From: Flavobacteriales bacterium
GTDB taxonomy: Bacteria; Bacteroidota; Bacteroidia; JACJYZ01
Reading direction: 5' to 3'
Assembly (NCBI GenBank): GCA_020435415.1
Contig: JAGQZQ010000002.1
Span: forward strand, 26,301-90,300
DNA length: 64,000 nt
Shown here piece after piece: positions 29,189 through 39,310 of the stretch. Every line of letters starts with the position of its first letter. The first letter of the stretch is position 1. The notes beneath the pieces were generated by a model, which saw nothing but the letters and a program-made list of their open reading frames with translations, searched no databases and was not told the DNA's origin. A program made the translations under genes and the position numbers.

Positions 29189-30372
29189 CATCCACCAGAT
29201 CTCCTTTGTTCACGATCGTGCTCTCGCAATTCTGCTGCACGTCGTTATGGTTTGCAGGCAACGCCGTCATGGGAGATCTGGTAAAGGATTTCGGTCTTCA
29301 AGCTGGCAGCCTGGGACATTTAACTTCAGCTGTGCAATTCGGGTTTATCACCGGCACGCTTGTTTTCGCCCTTCTCACCATTGCAGACCGATACTCACCG
29401 TCAAAGGTTTTTTTGATCAGTGCATTGCTGGGCAGCATGTTCAATGCAGGTGTGATCTGGGAAGGAAATACCATTAGCACCCTTCTCATTTTGCGGTTTC
29501 TCACAGGTTTTTTTCTGGCCGGTATTTATCCCATTGGCATGAAGATCGCCGCAGATCATTATGAAAAAGGACTGGGAACATCGTTGGGATTCCTGGTTGG
29601 CGCACTCGTGCTTGGCACAGCTTTCCCTCATTTGCTAAAGGCGTTGACATCCGGACTACCCTGGCGGATGGTTCTCATGCTCACCACATGCCTGGCCATC
29701 TTCGGCGGACTACTCATGAAAACCCGGGTAAGCGACGGACCATACCGAAAGGCAGGGCAAAAACTAAAACCAGCAGGCCTGTTTACAGCGTTTCAGGACA
29801 CCCGGCTAAGGGCTGCCACATTTGGCTACTTCGGTCATATGTGGGAGCTATATACTTTCTGGGCATTTGTGCCGGTGATGCTCACAGCCTATGTTTCGGA
29901 ACATTCACAAGCCAGTCTGCACATTTCCGCATGGTCTTTTGCCATCATTGCCATTGGTGGTCCTGCCTGTGTTGCAGGCGGGTATCTTTCCAAACGATGG
30001 AGTGAGAAACGAACTGCGGCACTGGCGTTATCCATCTCCGGATTGTGTTGCATTTTGTCATTGTGGTTCTTTCACGTGAACAATTCCATAGCATTCCTTT
30101 CGTGCATGCTGATCTGGGGCATGTCGGTCGTGGCAGACTCCCCCTTGTTCTCAACACTGGTCGCCCGCCATGCCCAACCGGAAATCCGTGGAACGATACT
30201 CACGATGGTAAACTGTATCGGTTTTGCCATTACCATAGTGAGCATCCAGGTTATGAACTTTTTAAAGAACGTATGGCACATGGAAGATGCCTACTGGATC
30301 CTGGCCTTAGGTCCTGCACTGGGGTTGATCGGAATGTTCCGAAAAAAGCAGAAGGTCCATGATATGGCCTGA
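29185..30372 (+). CDS. MFS transporter
   Basis: 12 predicted TM segments and an MFS loop 2-3 motif (GxLaDr-like). Confidence 0.8.
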   Translation: MTSTRSPLFTIVLSQFCCTSLWFAGNAVMGDLVKDFGLQAGSLGHLTSAVQFGFITGTLVFALLTIADRYSPSKVFLISALLGSMFNAGVIWEGNTISTLLILRFLTGFFLAGIYPIGMKIAADHYEKGLGTSLGFLVGALVLGTAFPHLLKALTSGLPWRMVLMLTTCLAIFGGLLMKTRVSDGPYRKAGQKLKPAGLFTAFQDTRLRAATFGYFGHMWELYTFWAFVPVMLTAYVSEHSQASLHISAWSFAIIAIGGPACVAGGYLSKRWSEKRTAALALSISGLCCILSLWFFHVNNSIAFLSCMLIWGMSVVADSPLFSTLVARHAQPEIRGTILTMVNCIGFAITIVSIQVMNFLKNVWHMEDAYWILALGPALGLIGMFRKKQKVHDMA

Positions 30373-30448
30373 TTTCTCAGAAGTGTATCCGTTTGATAAT
30401 ATCGTAAAAGAATAGAAATGTTTTCCTTTGCACATTCAACAGGAAAGC

Positions 30449-31570
30449 ATGATCAGGAGAATACTCAAACGCATACTCACGGGAACACTTGTACTGATAT
30501 TAAGCATCATTATCATGGCAACAATATTCACCAAAGTGAGTCCGCAATTCGGGGGCAGTCACAGTTCGGCGGACCAGGAACGTTATCGCGCATCCGGGCA
30601 CTACAACAATGGCAAATTTGAAAATCTGATCTCCACTGAGCTGAACGCAGGCCCGAAGGTCATACTCGGATGGATGAAAGAAACAATCAAGGGCATTCCC
30701 AACAGAGAACCCGCACATGCGCTTCCCATCGAGCACGTAGACTCTTTAACCCTTGTTGATCATGACAGGGCCGACCGGCTTCTATGGTTCGGCCACTCGG
30801 CATTCCTTTTGCAACTGGAGGGTAAAAACATCCTGCTGGACCCTATGCTGGGAGAAGTATGTGCGCCACATCCATGGCTCGGACCAAAGCGTTATTCAGA
30901 TGAACTTCCAATTGAACTTGAAAAGTTGCCGGTGATTGATGCGGTGATCTTCTCCCACGATCATTATGATCATCTCGACTACCCTTCTGTGATGAAACTG
31001 AAGGATAAAACAAAAGCCTTTTATGTACCGCTCGGCGTGGGTGCACACCTGCGCTCCTGGGGCATTGAACCTGATCGGGTGCATGAATTGAATTGGTGGG
31101 AGACCGTATCCCATGAGCACATCACATTTACCTTCACACCCAGTCGGCACTTCTCCGGAAGAGGGATGACAGACCGCTATACCACCCTTTGGGGGGGCTG
31201 GGTGATCAAGGGAAGCAACAGAAATATTTACTTCAGTGGAGACAGCGGGTATGGTCCGCACTTCAAAGAAACCGGTGAGAAGTTCGGACCGTTTGACCTG
31301 GCATTGGTTGAATGCGGCCAGTACAATATGCGGTGGCATGACATCCATATGATGCCGGAAGAATCCGCACAGGCGGCCGTGGACCTGAACACGAAGGTTA
31401 TGATGCCCATCCACTGGGGCGCTTTTACCCTCTCTTTGCACGCATGGAATGAGCCTCCGACACGCCTGATAAAGAGTGCATCGGAACTGAACATGCCCGT
31501 TATCACACCCAAAATCGGTGAGATGATTTTATTGGATCATTTGATGGAGTCCGGTTCAAAATGGTGGTAG
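30449..31570 (+). CDS. MBL-fold metallo-hydrolase (NAPE-PLD-like)
   Basis: HDHYDHLD metal-binding motif and an N-terminal TM anchor. The ATG at 30449 is preferred over the TTG at 30428. Confidence 0.75.
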   Translation: MIRRILKRILTGTLVLILSIIIMATIFTKVSPQFGGSHSSADQERYRASGHYNNGKFENLISTELNAGPKVILGWMKETIKGIPNREPAHALPIEHVDSLTLVDHDRADRLLWFGHSAFLLQLEGKNILLDPMLGEVCAPHPWLGPKRYSDELPIELEKLPVIDAVIFSHDHYDHLDYPSVMKLKDKTKAFYVPLGVGAHLRSWGIEPDRVHELNWWETVSHEHITFTFTPSRHFSGRGMTDRYTTLWGGWVIKGSNRNIYFSGDSGYGPHFKETGEKFGPFDLALVECGQYNMRWHDIHMMPEESAQAAVDLNTKVMMPIHWGAFTLSLHAWNEPPTRLIKSASELNMPVITPKIGEMILLDHLMESGSKWW

Positions 31571-31730
31571 CGCATACGAATAAATTCCACCCTTCACTAT
31601 CCGCTCCACCATGTTCAAAAGGTCAATACAACAGCCACACTTCTTGCTATATTCCCAATTTTGCGCTTTCTTTAGTGCATACGTCCGACCGGAAGTTGGA
31701 AAGGATGCCTGATAATAGTGTCATGGAAGA

Positions 31731-32531
31731 ATGAGAAGGCTTGTCTATATTATTTTTATTGCCGGAATTCTGAATTCATTCGGAGCACATGGACAATCAA
31801 ATGCCGATACATCCGAAGTTCGTGCGAATGAATTGCTGGAGAAGCTGGCCTTCTATCCACTGACCCTTGATGAAAAGAACGAGCTCAGACATATCACTTT
31901 TTATATCCAGAACAAGGGTTTTCTACTGGAAGAGCAACATCGTAAGTACCGCGCCGCACTTAACTACATTGATAAAGCCTTGTATATCTGGCATGCGGTC
32001 AAAGACACTTTGAGCGAAGCCAATCTCCGAAAATACAGGGGCCTTTTACTGGGGCAACTGGAGCGCTATAACGAAGGTAAACATGAGATCCACATCGCGG
32101 AAAATTTATATGGACTTGTAGGTTTTACCGACGGATTGGCTGTGTGTCATTTTGATCTCGCCAAAGTTTATGGCCTGGAGGGGCGTTATGACTCTGCCTG
32201 CTTTTATGCACAAATGGCCATGGATCACTGGGATGCAAAGAAGGACACTTTCCGGATTGTGACCGTTCGCAACCTTATGATCCACCTCAATCTGAGCAAT
32301 AACGATCTACAGGCCGCTGCCGAATTGGTCAGGATCACCGAGCCATTTCTGGTTTACCGGGGACTGCACTGGCTGCCCATGATCGATTTTTACTTTCTGG
32401 GATATGAAGTACATAAACTAATGAATTCGGGAGACCTGGCTGATAAATACCATACCCTTTATTACGACAGGCTGGTATGGTTGAAACAAAAAGAGATAGA
32501 AGCACGGTCAACGTACGCTCCGGATTCCTGA
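31731..32531 (+). CDS. Hypothetical secreted helical-repeat protein
   Basis: Signal peptide and TPR-like helical content. Confidence 0.35.
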   Translation: MRRLVYIIFIAGILNSFGAHGQSNADTSEVRANELLEKLAFYPLTLDEKNELRHITFYIQNKGFLLEEQHRKYRAALNYIDKALYIWHAVKDTLSEANLRKYRGLLLGQLERYNEGKHEIHIAENLYGLVGFTDGLAVCHFDLAKVYGLEGRYDSACFYAQMAMDHWDAKKDTFRIVTVRNLMIHLNLSNNDLQAAAELVRITEPFLVYRGLHWLPMIDFYFLGYEVHKLMNSGDLADKYHTLYYDRLVWLKQKEIEARSTYAPDS

Positions 32532-32590
32532 TAAAAAAAGAACCGTCCCTTTTCAGGAACGGTTCTCTACAATCCGATTGATTTCTTTTA

Positions 32591-34681
32591 TTACCAGATC
32601 ACAGCCCGCTTATCCCCGGACTGCACCATGGCATCGCCTTCTGAACATCCGAATGCTTCCTTGAATTCGGAAATATTCGCAAGCGGTCCGAGGATGCGCT
32701 GACGTCCGGGTGCATGAGGATCGGTGACCAGACGCTGACTCAACTCAGCATCATTGATGTTCTGCTTCCACACATTGGCCCATCCGAAGAAGAACCGCTG
32801 ATGATAGTTGTATCCATCAATATCCGCAGGCTTTTCTTTTCCCTCGTATGACTTTTCAAGTGCGTAATACGCAAGTATCAATCCACCCAGGTCTGCAATA
32901 TTCTCTCCGAGCGTCAGGCTTCCGTTTACAAACTCTCCCGGCAGCGCCTCGAATTGATTAAACTGTGAGACCACCATTCCGGAACGGTCGTCAAAGCGCT
33001 TGCGGTCTTCATCACTCCACCAGTTATTCAGATTACCACTGCCATCATATTTACTGCCCTGATCATCAAACCCGTGGGTAAACTCATGGCCGATCACCGC
33101 ACCGATCCCGCCGTAGTTCACAGCGTCATCCGCGTTCGGGTTATAGAACGGTGGCATGAGAATGCCAGCTGGAAAAACGATCTCATTCTGGTTCGGACTG
33201 TAATATGCGTTCACCGTTTGCGGCGACATGAACCACTCGTCTTTATCAATAGGCTTGCCCAGCTTGTCCACCATTTCCTTGAACTCATACTGTGACGCAC
33301 GCTGACTGTTCAACACCAGGGATTCCCGGTCGATATGAAGTGAACTGAAATCCTTCCACTTATTCGGGTATCCGATCTTGTAGGTAAACGCTTCCAGTTT
33401 TTTCAGGGCACTGGCTTTTGTTGAATCACTCATCCATGTTAATCCGTTGATTCTTTCACGGAAAGCGGAGCGAAGATTTTCAACCATTTGCTCCATGTAC
33501 TTCTTGGAAGAGGGAGGAAAATATTTCCCCACAAATGCCCTTCCCAATGCTTCACCCAATGCACCATTGGTCATTTGGAGCGCCTTTTTCCAGCGTGTCT
33601 TTTGCTCTTTTGTTCCCCTTAATACGGTATTGTAAAATGCAAAATCCGCATTCACGAAATCGCTGCTCAGGTAAACGGAGGAATGTTCCAGCAGATGCCA
33701 GATCATGTATGTTTTCCAATCATCCAGTTTCACATTGGTCAGGGTCACCTGAAGCGCTTTGAAAAATTCCGGTTGTCCTACCACAAACTCTCCTGCCACT
33801 TCACTATTCACACCCGCTCCGGCCAGAAAAGCATCCCAGTCCAATGAAGGGGCAAGGCTTTTCAACTTGGCCAGTGGCATCTTGTTATAATTCTTTTCCG
33901 GGTCCCTTAATTCAATCCGGGTGCGCGAAGCTTTCGCCAGTTTGGTTTCAATGTCCATTACGGTCTTGGCTTTGGCGGCTGCAGTGGCTTCATCGGCACC
34001 GATCAATTTGAACATGGTAGCCAGATGCTTCAGGTATTCATCCCGGATCATTTTGGAACGATCATCGGTATTGAAATAGTAGTCGCGATCCGGAAGCCCC
34101 AAACCACCTTGATAAAGCTGAGAAATGTATTGTGAACTATTGCGATCGTCCTGAGCTACAAAAAAGCCGAAAAGATTACGCACTCCTTTGGTTTGAAGGT
34201 TGGCAGAAAGCGTGGTCAGTTCCTTCAGTGAGGTAATGGCATTGATCTCTTCCAATTGGGCTTTGAGGTCTGAAGCGCCCTTCTTTTCAATATTATCGGT
34301 ATCCAGTGCGGAGTAATAGTAGTCGGCTGCAACCTGCTCATAACTTCCCACCGACAGGTTTTCCTTTTGCAACAGTTCTTCGAGCAGACCTTTGAGCCGT
34401 TCATTATTTTCTTCTCCCAGAATATTAAAGCTACCCCAGCGACTTTCCGTTGAAGGCACCGGATTGTTCTTGATCCAGTTCCCAACGGCAAACTGCTCAA
34501 AGTTGGCACATGGCGATACTGTCGTATCCATGTAAGCAATATCAAAACCGACGGGACCGGCCGGCTTGCTTTCACCTGCAGTTTCTTCGCCGGTGGTTTT
34601 TTTTCCTTCACCGCATGCGGTCATGATCAGGGCCAACGAATAGGCCAGAACCCTTGCGGGACTAGTAAATGGGTGTTGCAT
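32591..34681 (-). CDS. M13 family zinc metallopeptidase (PepO / endothelin-converting enzyme-like), lipoprotein
   Basis: HEFTHGFD (HExxH) and ENIADLGG motifs, plus lipobox LIMTAC. Confidence 0.9.
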   Translation of the reverse strand: MQHPFTSPARVLAYSLALIMTACGEGKKTTGEETAGESKPAGPVGFDIAYMDTTVSPCANFEQFAVGNWIKNNPVPSTESRWGSFNILGEENNERLKGLLEELLQKENLSVGSYEQVAADYYYSALDTDNIEKKGASDLKAQLEEINAITSLKELTTLSANLQTKGVRNLFGFFVAQDDRNSSQYISQLYQGGLGLPDRDYYFNTDDRSKMIRDEYLKHLATMFKLIGADEATAAAKAKTVMDIETKLAKASRTRIELRDPEKNYNKMPLAKLKSLAPSLDWDAFLAGAGVNSEVAGEFVVGQPEFFKALQVTLTNVKLDDWKTYMIWHLLEHSSVYLSSDFVNADFAFYNTVLRGTKEQKTRWKKALQMTNGALGEALGRAFVGKYFPPSSKKYMEQMVENLRSAFRERINGLTWMSDSTKASALKKLEAFTYKIGYPNKWKDFSSLHIDRESLVLNSQRASQYEFKEMVDKLGKPIDKDEWFMSPQTVNAYYSPNQNEIVFPAGILMPPFYNPNADDAVNYGGIGAVIGHEFTHGFDDQGSKYDGSGNLNNWWSDEDRKRFDDRSGMVVSQFNQFEALPGEFVNGSLTLGENIADLGGLILAYYALEKSYEGKEKPADIDGYNYHQRFFFGWANVWKQNINDAELSQRLVTDPHAPGRQRILGPLANISEFKEAFGCSEGDAMVQSGDKRAVIW

Positions 34682-34783
34682 AGAATTAGTTTTGAAACGT
34701 TAAGGGAGCCCCAAGATATTAATCCTTTTGGAGATTCCGAACAACAGACGGTAATAATTATGCGATGTTGCAGCAGGTTGAAC

Positions 34784-36529
34784 TTACTTGACAAGAACTT
34801 CATAGGAAGGGCTGGACGCCCACCGGGTTTCCTGCAACTCACTCAGGTGAAAGCTCAGCATATAAACCCCTCGCTTCTCCGGCGTGGGAATACGCACCCT
34901 ATGCACAACGGTATCCTGCCAGGGACGATCCACATCAAACACCGATGCATCCCAGGTGATGAGTTCATTGTGCTCTATATCCCGAAAATCAGCTGAAATA
35001 AATATCGGGTGATCTTCCGGACCAGGTGGCATGATGACTTTTCCCGGCGGAATAACAATACTAAGCGTGGCTCCGGCATAACGATCTTTGTGGAAAGTTG
35101 AAGCGATCTTCACCGCACTGATCTTCACAGCTCTCCAGTCATGAAAAGCATGAAGGTCCTGAACACGTAAGGGTATGCCGGTCGGGCTGACCATGGTATC
35201 ACCGCCAAGTAAGTACTGATCCACCAACAACACCGAACGACCTTCCAGTTCATCATATCCGTTTGTCAGGTCAAACTGGTTGGGGCGGCGGCTGATGTTC
35301 AGCGGCATAACCTGCTCCCCTCCGTAATACCACAACTTGGACGCCAGCTGATATCCGCCGGCCACAACCGGACGACCACCGGCCCTGTCCATGATCTTCC
35401 CGGCGAAGGTCTTCCACCCATGAAATTCAGACAACTTTTCATTCATCGGACCAAAAGAAGCATCGGGAAAAAACATCATCAACCTAACGGTGAGCAAACA
35501 AGCAGTAACCGGACCTGCTATCCATAAAAATACTTTTCTCAAATCCTGTCGTTCAGATAAAAATCCATGGGCCAGGTATATCAAAGGAAACAAGGCCGAC
35601 GCGGTCCAGTTGGCTTCCATCTTTCCCTGGATCGACCATCCAAGGAAAAAAAGGAAGATGCCTGCTAGGATAAATTTAAGGGTACGCTCATAGGGATTGT
35701 CACGACGATGACGCAAGGCAGCATACCAGATAAGCAATCCGCTCAACGGTCCCATCACAATGGCCTGACCGCTCAGGTAATCCAATACATTCATGATATT
35801 CGGAGTGCCTTCAAACCTTCCGTTCAGGGCAAAACCGATACCATCAGCTCCCCTGCTGTTCAACCACCAGAGGTGCGGCAGATATAACACAACGGAGGCC
35901 AGTGTCATCAGCCAGAACGAACGCCTCATCAGCCAGGACGGATTCGCCATCACCGTAAGGAGGATCACAATGGCACCATGATACTTACTGTACATCACGA
36001 AGGTAATACTGAGCACCATAAAGAGAACTGCCTTCGGTGTTGGTGCCTCCATATATTTTCTCAATGCCATGTAATAGCAAGTGACCGCCAGACCCAGCGG
36101 ACTATCGGGAGCGGTAACAAAGCCTCCGGCATTCAACAGGATATTGGAAGATATGAGAGCGATCAATAAAAGAGGATCTTTAAAAGAAAGCATTCGCGCC
36201 CATAGCCATATGACCAGGGTTGAGGCGATTACCGTAAGGAAGCGAACACCCAGTTCTCCGTGAAAAATGCTGGTTCCTGCTTTGATCCATAGCGCCACCA
36301 TCGGAGGATGCTCAATGTATCCCCAGGCGGGAAACAAAGACCATGTCCAGTAATAAGCCTCATCATGTGCCAGCTCCACCCATGCGGCCTGGAATAGATT
36401 AAGTAGCGTCCAGCCTATCAGAAATGATGGGAAAAGAAGTCGGTATGTACTGCCCGGTGATGACATGAGAAACAAATATAAAGGTTCAAAAGGAGATGAA
36501 TGATGAATGTATTTCAATGCCTTCTCCAT
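34784..36529 (-). CDS. Glycosyltransferase family 39/83 (ArnT/PMT-like) membrane protein with C-terminal beta domain
   Basis: N-terminal multi-TM region with the DEAYYW motif characteristic of GT-C ArnT/PMT enzymes. An alternative start is at 36466. Confidence 0.65.
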   Translation of the reverse strand: MEKALKYIHHSSPFEPLYLFLMSSPGSTYRLLFPSFLIGWTLLNLFQAAWVELAHDEAYYWTWSLFPAWGYIEHPPMVALWIKAGTSIFHGELGVRFLTVIASTLVIWLWARMLSFKDPLLLIALISSNILLNAGGFVTAPDSPLGLAVTCYYMALRKYMEAPTPKAVLFMVLSITFVMYSKYHGAIVILLTVMANPSWLMRRSFWLMTLASVVLYLPHLWWLNSRGADGIGFALNGRFEGTPNIMNVLDYLSGQAIVMGPLSGLLIWYAALRHRRDNPYERTLKFILAGIFLFFLGWSIQGKMEANWTASALFPLIYLAHGFLSERQDLRKVFLWIAGPVTACLLTVRLMMFFPDASFGPMNEKLSEFHGWKTFAGKIMDRAGGRPVVAGGYQLASKLWYYGGEQVMPLNISRRPNQFDLTNGYDELEGRSVLLVDQYLLGGDTMVSPTGIPLRVQDLHAFHDWRAVKISAVKIASTFHKDRYAGATLSIVIPPGKVIMPPGPEDHPIFISADFRDIEHNELITWDASVFDVDRPWQDTVVHRVRIPTPEKRGVYMLSFHLSELQETRWASSPSYEVLVK

Positions 36530-36572
36530 GCGGGTTGTGCATATCTTGATGTGATTTGCTTATCTTGTATTT

Positions 36573-36980
36573 ATGCGGACAAGTTCAGATCAACCCATGA
36601 AGCAATCATCCATCGAAACGGTAGATGAATATATAAACAGTCAGGCGGCTCCATTTAAAAAAACGCTGACCGAACTCCGCGAACTGATCCTGTCCGTGGC
36701 ACCTGAGGCAAAAGAGATGATCAGTTACCGTGTGCCATGTTTCAAGTACCATTATATGTTGGTTGGCATTGGTGTAAATAAAAAGTTTTGCAGTCTGTAT
36801 GCCATGAACACCGCACTGCAAAAGGAATTGAAGGAAGACCTCAAAGGCCTGCGCATTTCCGGATCCACCATCCACTTCATACCGGGAGAGCCATTGCCGA
36901 AGAACCTCATCAAAAAAATCGTACGCTTTAAGAAAAAGCAGAATGAGGAAAGGGTGATGAAGAAAGAGAAAAAGAGCTAG
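36573..36980 (+). CDS. DUF1801 (YdhG-like) domain protein
   Basis: ETVDEYINSQ...YRVPCFKYHYM pattern. A paralog lies at 45977..46432. Confidence 0.6.
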   Translation: MRTSSDQPMKQSSIETVDEYINSQAAPFKKTLTELRELILSVAPEAKEMISYRVPCFKYHYMLVGIGVNKKFCSLYAMNTALQKELKEDLKGLRISGSTIHFIPGEPLPKNLIKKIVRFKKKQNEERVMKKEKKS

Positions 36981-36983
36981 CAT

Positions 36984-37826
36984 ATGAGATTGATGGGGAA
37001 ACCCTTTTTCCGATTCGCTATCCATCTCTGCCTGTTTATCTCGCTTACGACGGGAACCCAGGTAGGGGGACTGATCTACCTGGCCTGCCTTCCCCTTTTC
37101 AAAATAATTAACCGAAAATACGCCGGGTACTGGAAACGCCTTACCGGAAAAACCGTCCTTTTCTTTCTTACCTACCTGATCACGGTGGTGACGCTGGTCC
37201 CTCCCCTGGCCGTTCGCCTTGGCAGGGTGCCATTGCCTCTATTCGGGAATAACAACCTTAAACCGTTGACACTGTTTACCTGTCTGCTGAACCGCCATTA
37301 CGTCAAACCGGAACTGAGGGCATCTCTTGAACGCGTCGCCGATCAACTTCAGAAGCAATACCCCGGAACGTCGATCAGTTACCTGGATGCCAATTTCCCG
37401 TTCATTAACAAGTTTCCGTTGTTTCCGCACCTCAGCCACAATGATGGTAAGAAGGTAGATCTGGCATTTTTTTATACACAGAAGGGAATTGAGTTAAACG
37501 GTGTTTGTCCCTCTCCCATAGGATATGGCGTTTACGAAGGACCTGCCAGAAATGAATTTGATCAACCATCCGTCTGTGCTGCGCAAGGATACCGGCAATA
37601 CGGGCTTCTTGAAAAACTGGTACCGCAATCTAAAAAAGGGCAAATGCCTTTTGACTCCGCCAGAACCAGAACGCTGGTTAACATGCTTGCCGGAGAACCC
37701 TTCATAGGTAAAATCTTCATTGAACCACACCTGAAAACCCGGCTGAACCTTCACTCCACCAAGATCAGATTTCACGGTTGCCAGGCCGTGCGGCATGACG
37801 ACCATGTGCATGTTCAGCTTCGTTAA
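36984..37826 (+). CDS. Hypothetical membrane-anchored protein, possibly a metal-dependent hydrolase
   Basis: N-terminal TM helices. HLSHNDGKKVDL and VRHDDHVHV look like His/Asp metal ligands. Low certainty. Confidence 0.3.
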   Translation: MRLMGKPFFRFAIHLCLFISLTTGTQVGGLIYLACLPLFKIINRKYAGYWKRLTGKTVLFFLTYLITVVTLVPPLAVRLGRVPLPLFGNNNLKPLTLFTCLLNRHYVKPELRASLERVADQLQKQYPGTSISYLDANFPFINKFPLFPHLSHNDGKKVDLAFFYTQKGIELNGVCPSPIGYGVYEGPARNEFDQPSVCAAQGYRQYGLLEKLVPQSKKGQMPFDSARTRTLVNMLAGEPFIGKIFIEPHLKTRLNLHSTKIRFHGCQAVRHDDHVHVQLR

Positions 37827-37875
37827 TCAAGCACAACCCCGGAAAGAGGTCGAAACACCTAACCTTTCGGTTCCC

Positions 37876-37910
37876 CACCTCGTAAATAATTACGAGGTGT
37901 GGCTTTATTT
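37876..37910 (+). terminator. Rho-independent terminator
   Basis: cacctcgtaa-ataa-ttacgaggtg stem followed by a T-rich tract. Confidence 0.55.
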
Positions 37911-38086
37911 AGAAAACTAAAATTTTTTTAGTAATTTCGTTCCATGCCCCCAAGGCATAATTGGTAGAGACTTAGAGTGTAATTCTGTATTTATTGCTTC
38001 ACGAACCGACCGGGTGTTTAAACCCATGGTCGAATATAGCGGGTATTTCGTTAGATCGGAAACCTAAATATTTCGTAACCTAAACG

Positions 38087-39310
38087 TTGAACGAAATGAA
38101 TGTTCATGTCCGTAACCTGATCATTGTATTCCTGTTGATGTGCGCTACAAACATCAGGGCACAAATCCATTCTCACCATGAATCATTGCCCTCCTGGGAT
38201 GAAATCATGGCAGAAGAGGCCATCCAAACACAAGTCGTTCTCGACTATCATTTCCTGAACATTGAACTCAAGGAAGCCATCTTCAGGAGACTAAGGGACG
38301 CTCATCCGGAATTTGCTTCCATGCATGAGTTCTACTTCAAACACTATTACCTGATCACGGATGGCATGTACTATGAACTGGCAGGCAAACCATCCGTCAC
38401 CCCGGCTGAATTAAAGGAAACGGTTGACCGTCTTGCTGAATCCATGATCGGACACTTTAAGAATTCCGGGTATACTCAATCTGCAAATACCAATGCAGTC
38501 ACTCCTATTGACCCTATCAAGCTAAGCCAGGATAAGTTCAGACGGACACCTCAGGGCCCGGGAGATGATTGCAACAACCCCGATTTCGAAACGTGTGACT
38601 TCACCGGCTGGGAAACCTATATAGGTGAAGTGAATCCTAATCCATACCAAATGGTGAACATCACCTCCACCAATGTCTGGTGCAGCGAAGTCACCAACCA
38701 GTGCACCAATATGCCACCACCGGACCCGACCTGCGGATGCGACCTGGGTAACGGGCAAACCCAATGTGGAAATGGCTGTACGGGATCTTCTACGATCAAT
38801 GGTGTTTGTACCTGCACCAGTTGTCCATGTGCAACCAATAGCCACCACTATATTGTGAACGGTGGCATAGATGAAGTCAGCAATGTGATTCCAAAAGTAT
38901 TTCCTGGCGGCGGCGGGTGCACAGCCCTGATCGGCGATAAGACCGGAACCGGTGGCAAGGCAGCCAGCATCGTTCAAACTTTCAGGGTTAGTAAGGCAAA
39001 CGCAAACTTTATCTACCACTGGGCGGCTGTACTGCAGGATCCCGGTACAAGCCATACAGCAGGAGAAAAACCTTTTATCAAGATCAACTTTTACGATTCC
39101 AATGGCAATACGATCCCATGCGGAAACTATGAGGCCTACTCAGGAGACGGCAAAGACGGATGGGTCGCCGGAGGTGCATTCAGTCAGTTTGTGTACAAGA
39201 ACTGGACAACGGTATTTGTTCCGTTGGATGCCTTTATCGGTCAGGAGTCACTTTTGAATTCATTGTCGGAGACTGCTCACAGGGAGGACACTACGGCTAT
39301 GGATATGTAG
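38087..39310 (+). CDS. N-terminal fragment of a large SprB/PKD/CHU_C adhesin (frame A)
   Basis: Signal peptide MNEMNVHVRNLIIVFLLMCATNIRAQ. The last ~25 aa look non-native, and the ORF overlaps the next one by 151 nt in another frame. Confidence 0.6.
   Translation: MNEMNVHVRNLIIVFLLMCATNIRAQIHSHHESLPSWDEIMAEEAIQTQVVLDYHFLNIELKEAIFRRLRDAHPEFASMHEFYFKHYYLITDGMYYELAGKPSVTPAELKETVDRLAESMIGHFKNSGYTQSANTNAVTPIDPIKLSQDKFRRTPQGPGDDCNNPDFETCDFTGWETYIGEVNPNPYQMVNITSTNVWCSEVTNQCTNMPPPDPTCGCDLGNGQTQCGNGCTGSSTINGVCTCTSCPCATNSHHYIVNGGIDEVSNVIPKVFPGGGGCTALIGDKTGTGGKAASIVQTFRVSKANANFIYHWAAVLQDPGTSHTAGEKPFIKINFYDSNGNTIPCGNYEAYSGDGKDGWVAGGAFSQFVYKNWTTVFVPLDAFIGQESLLNSLSETAHREDTTAMDM

Noticed and set aside
37940-38030. 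tRNA-like fragments (GGTAGAG..., GGTCGAAT...)
   Set aside because: I could not assemble an acceptor stem, anticodon arm and T-arm into a cloverleaf. They are probably chance matches in an AT-rich intergenic region.
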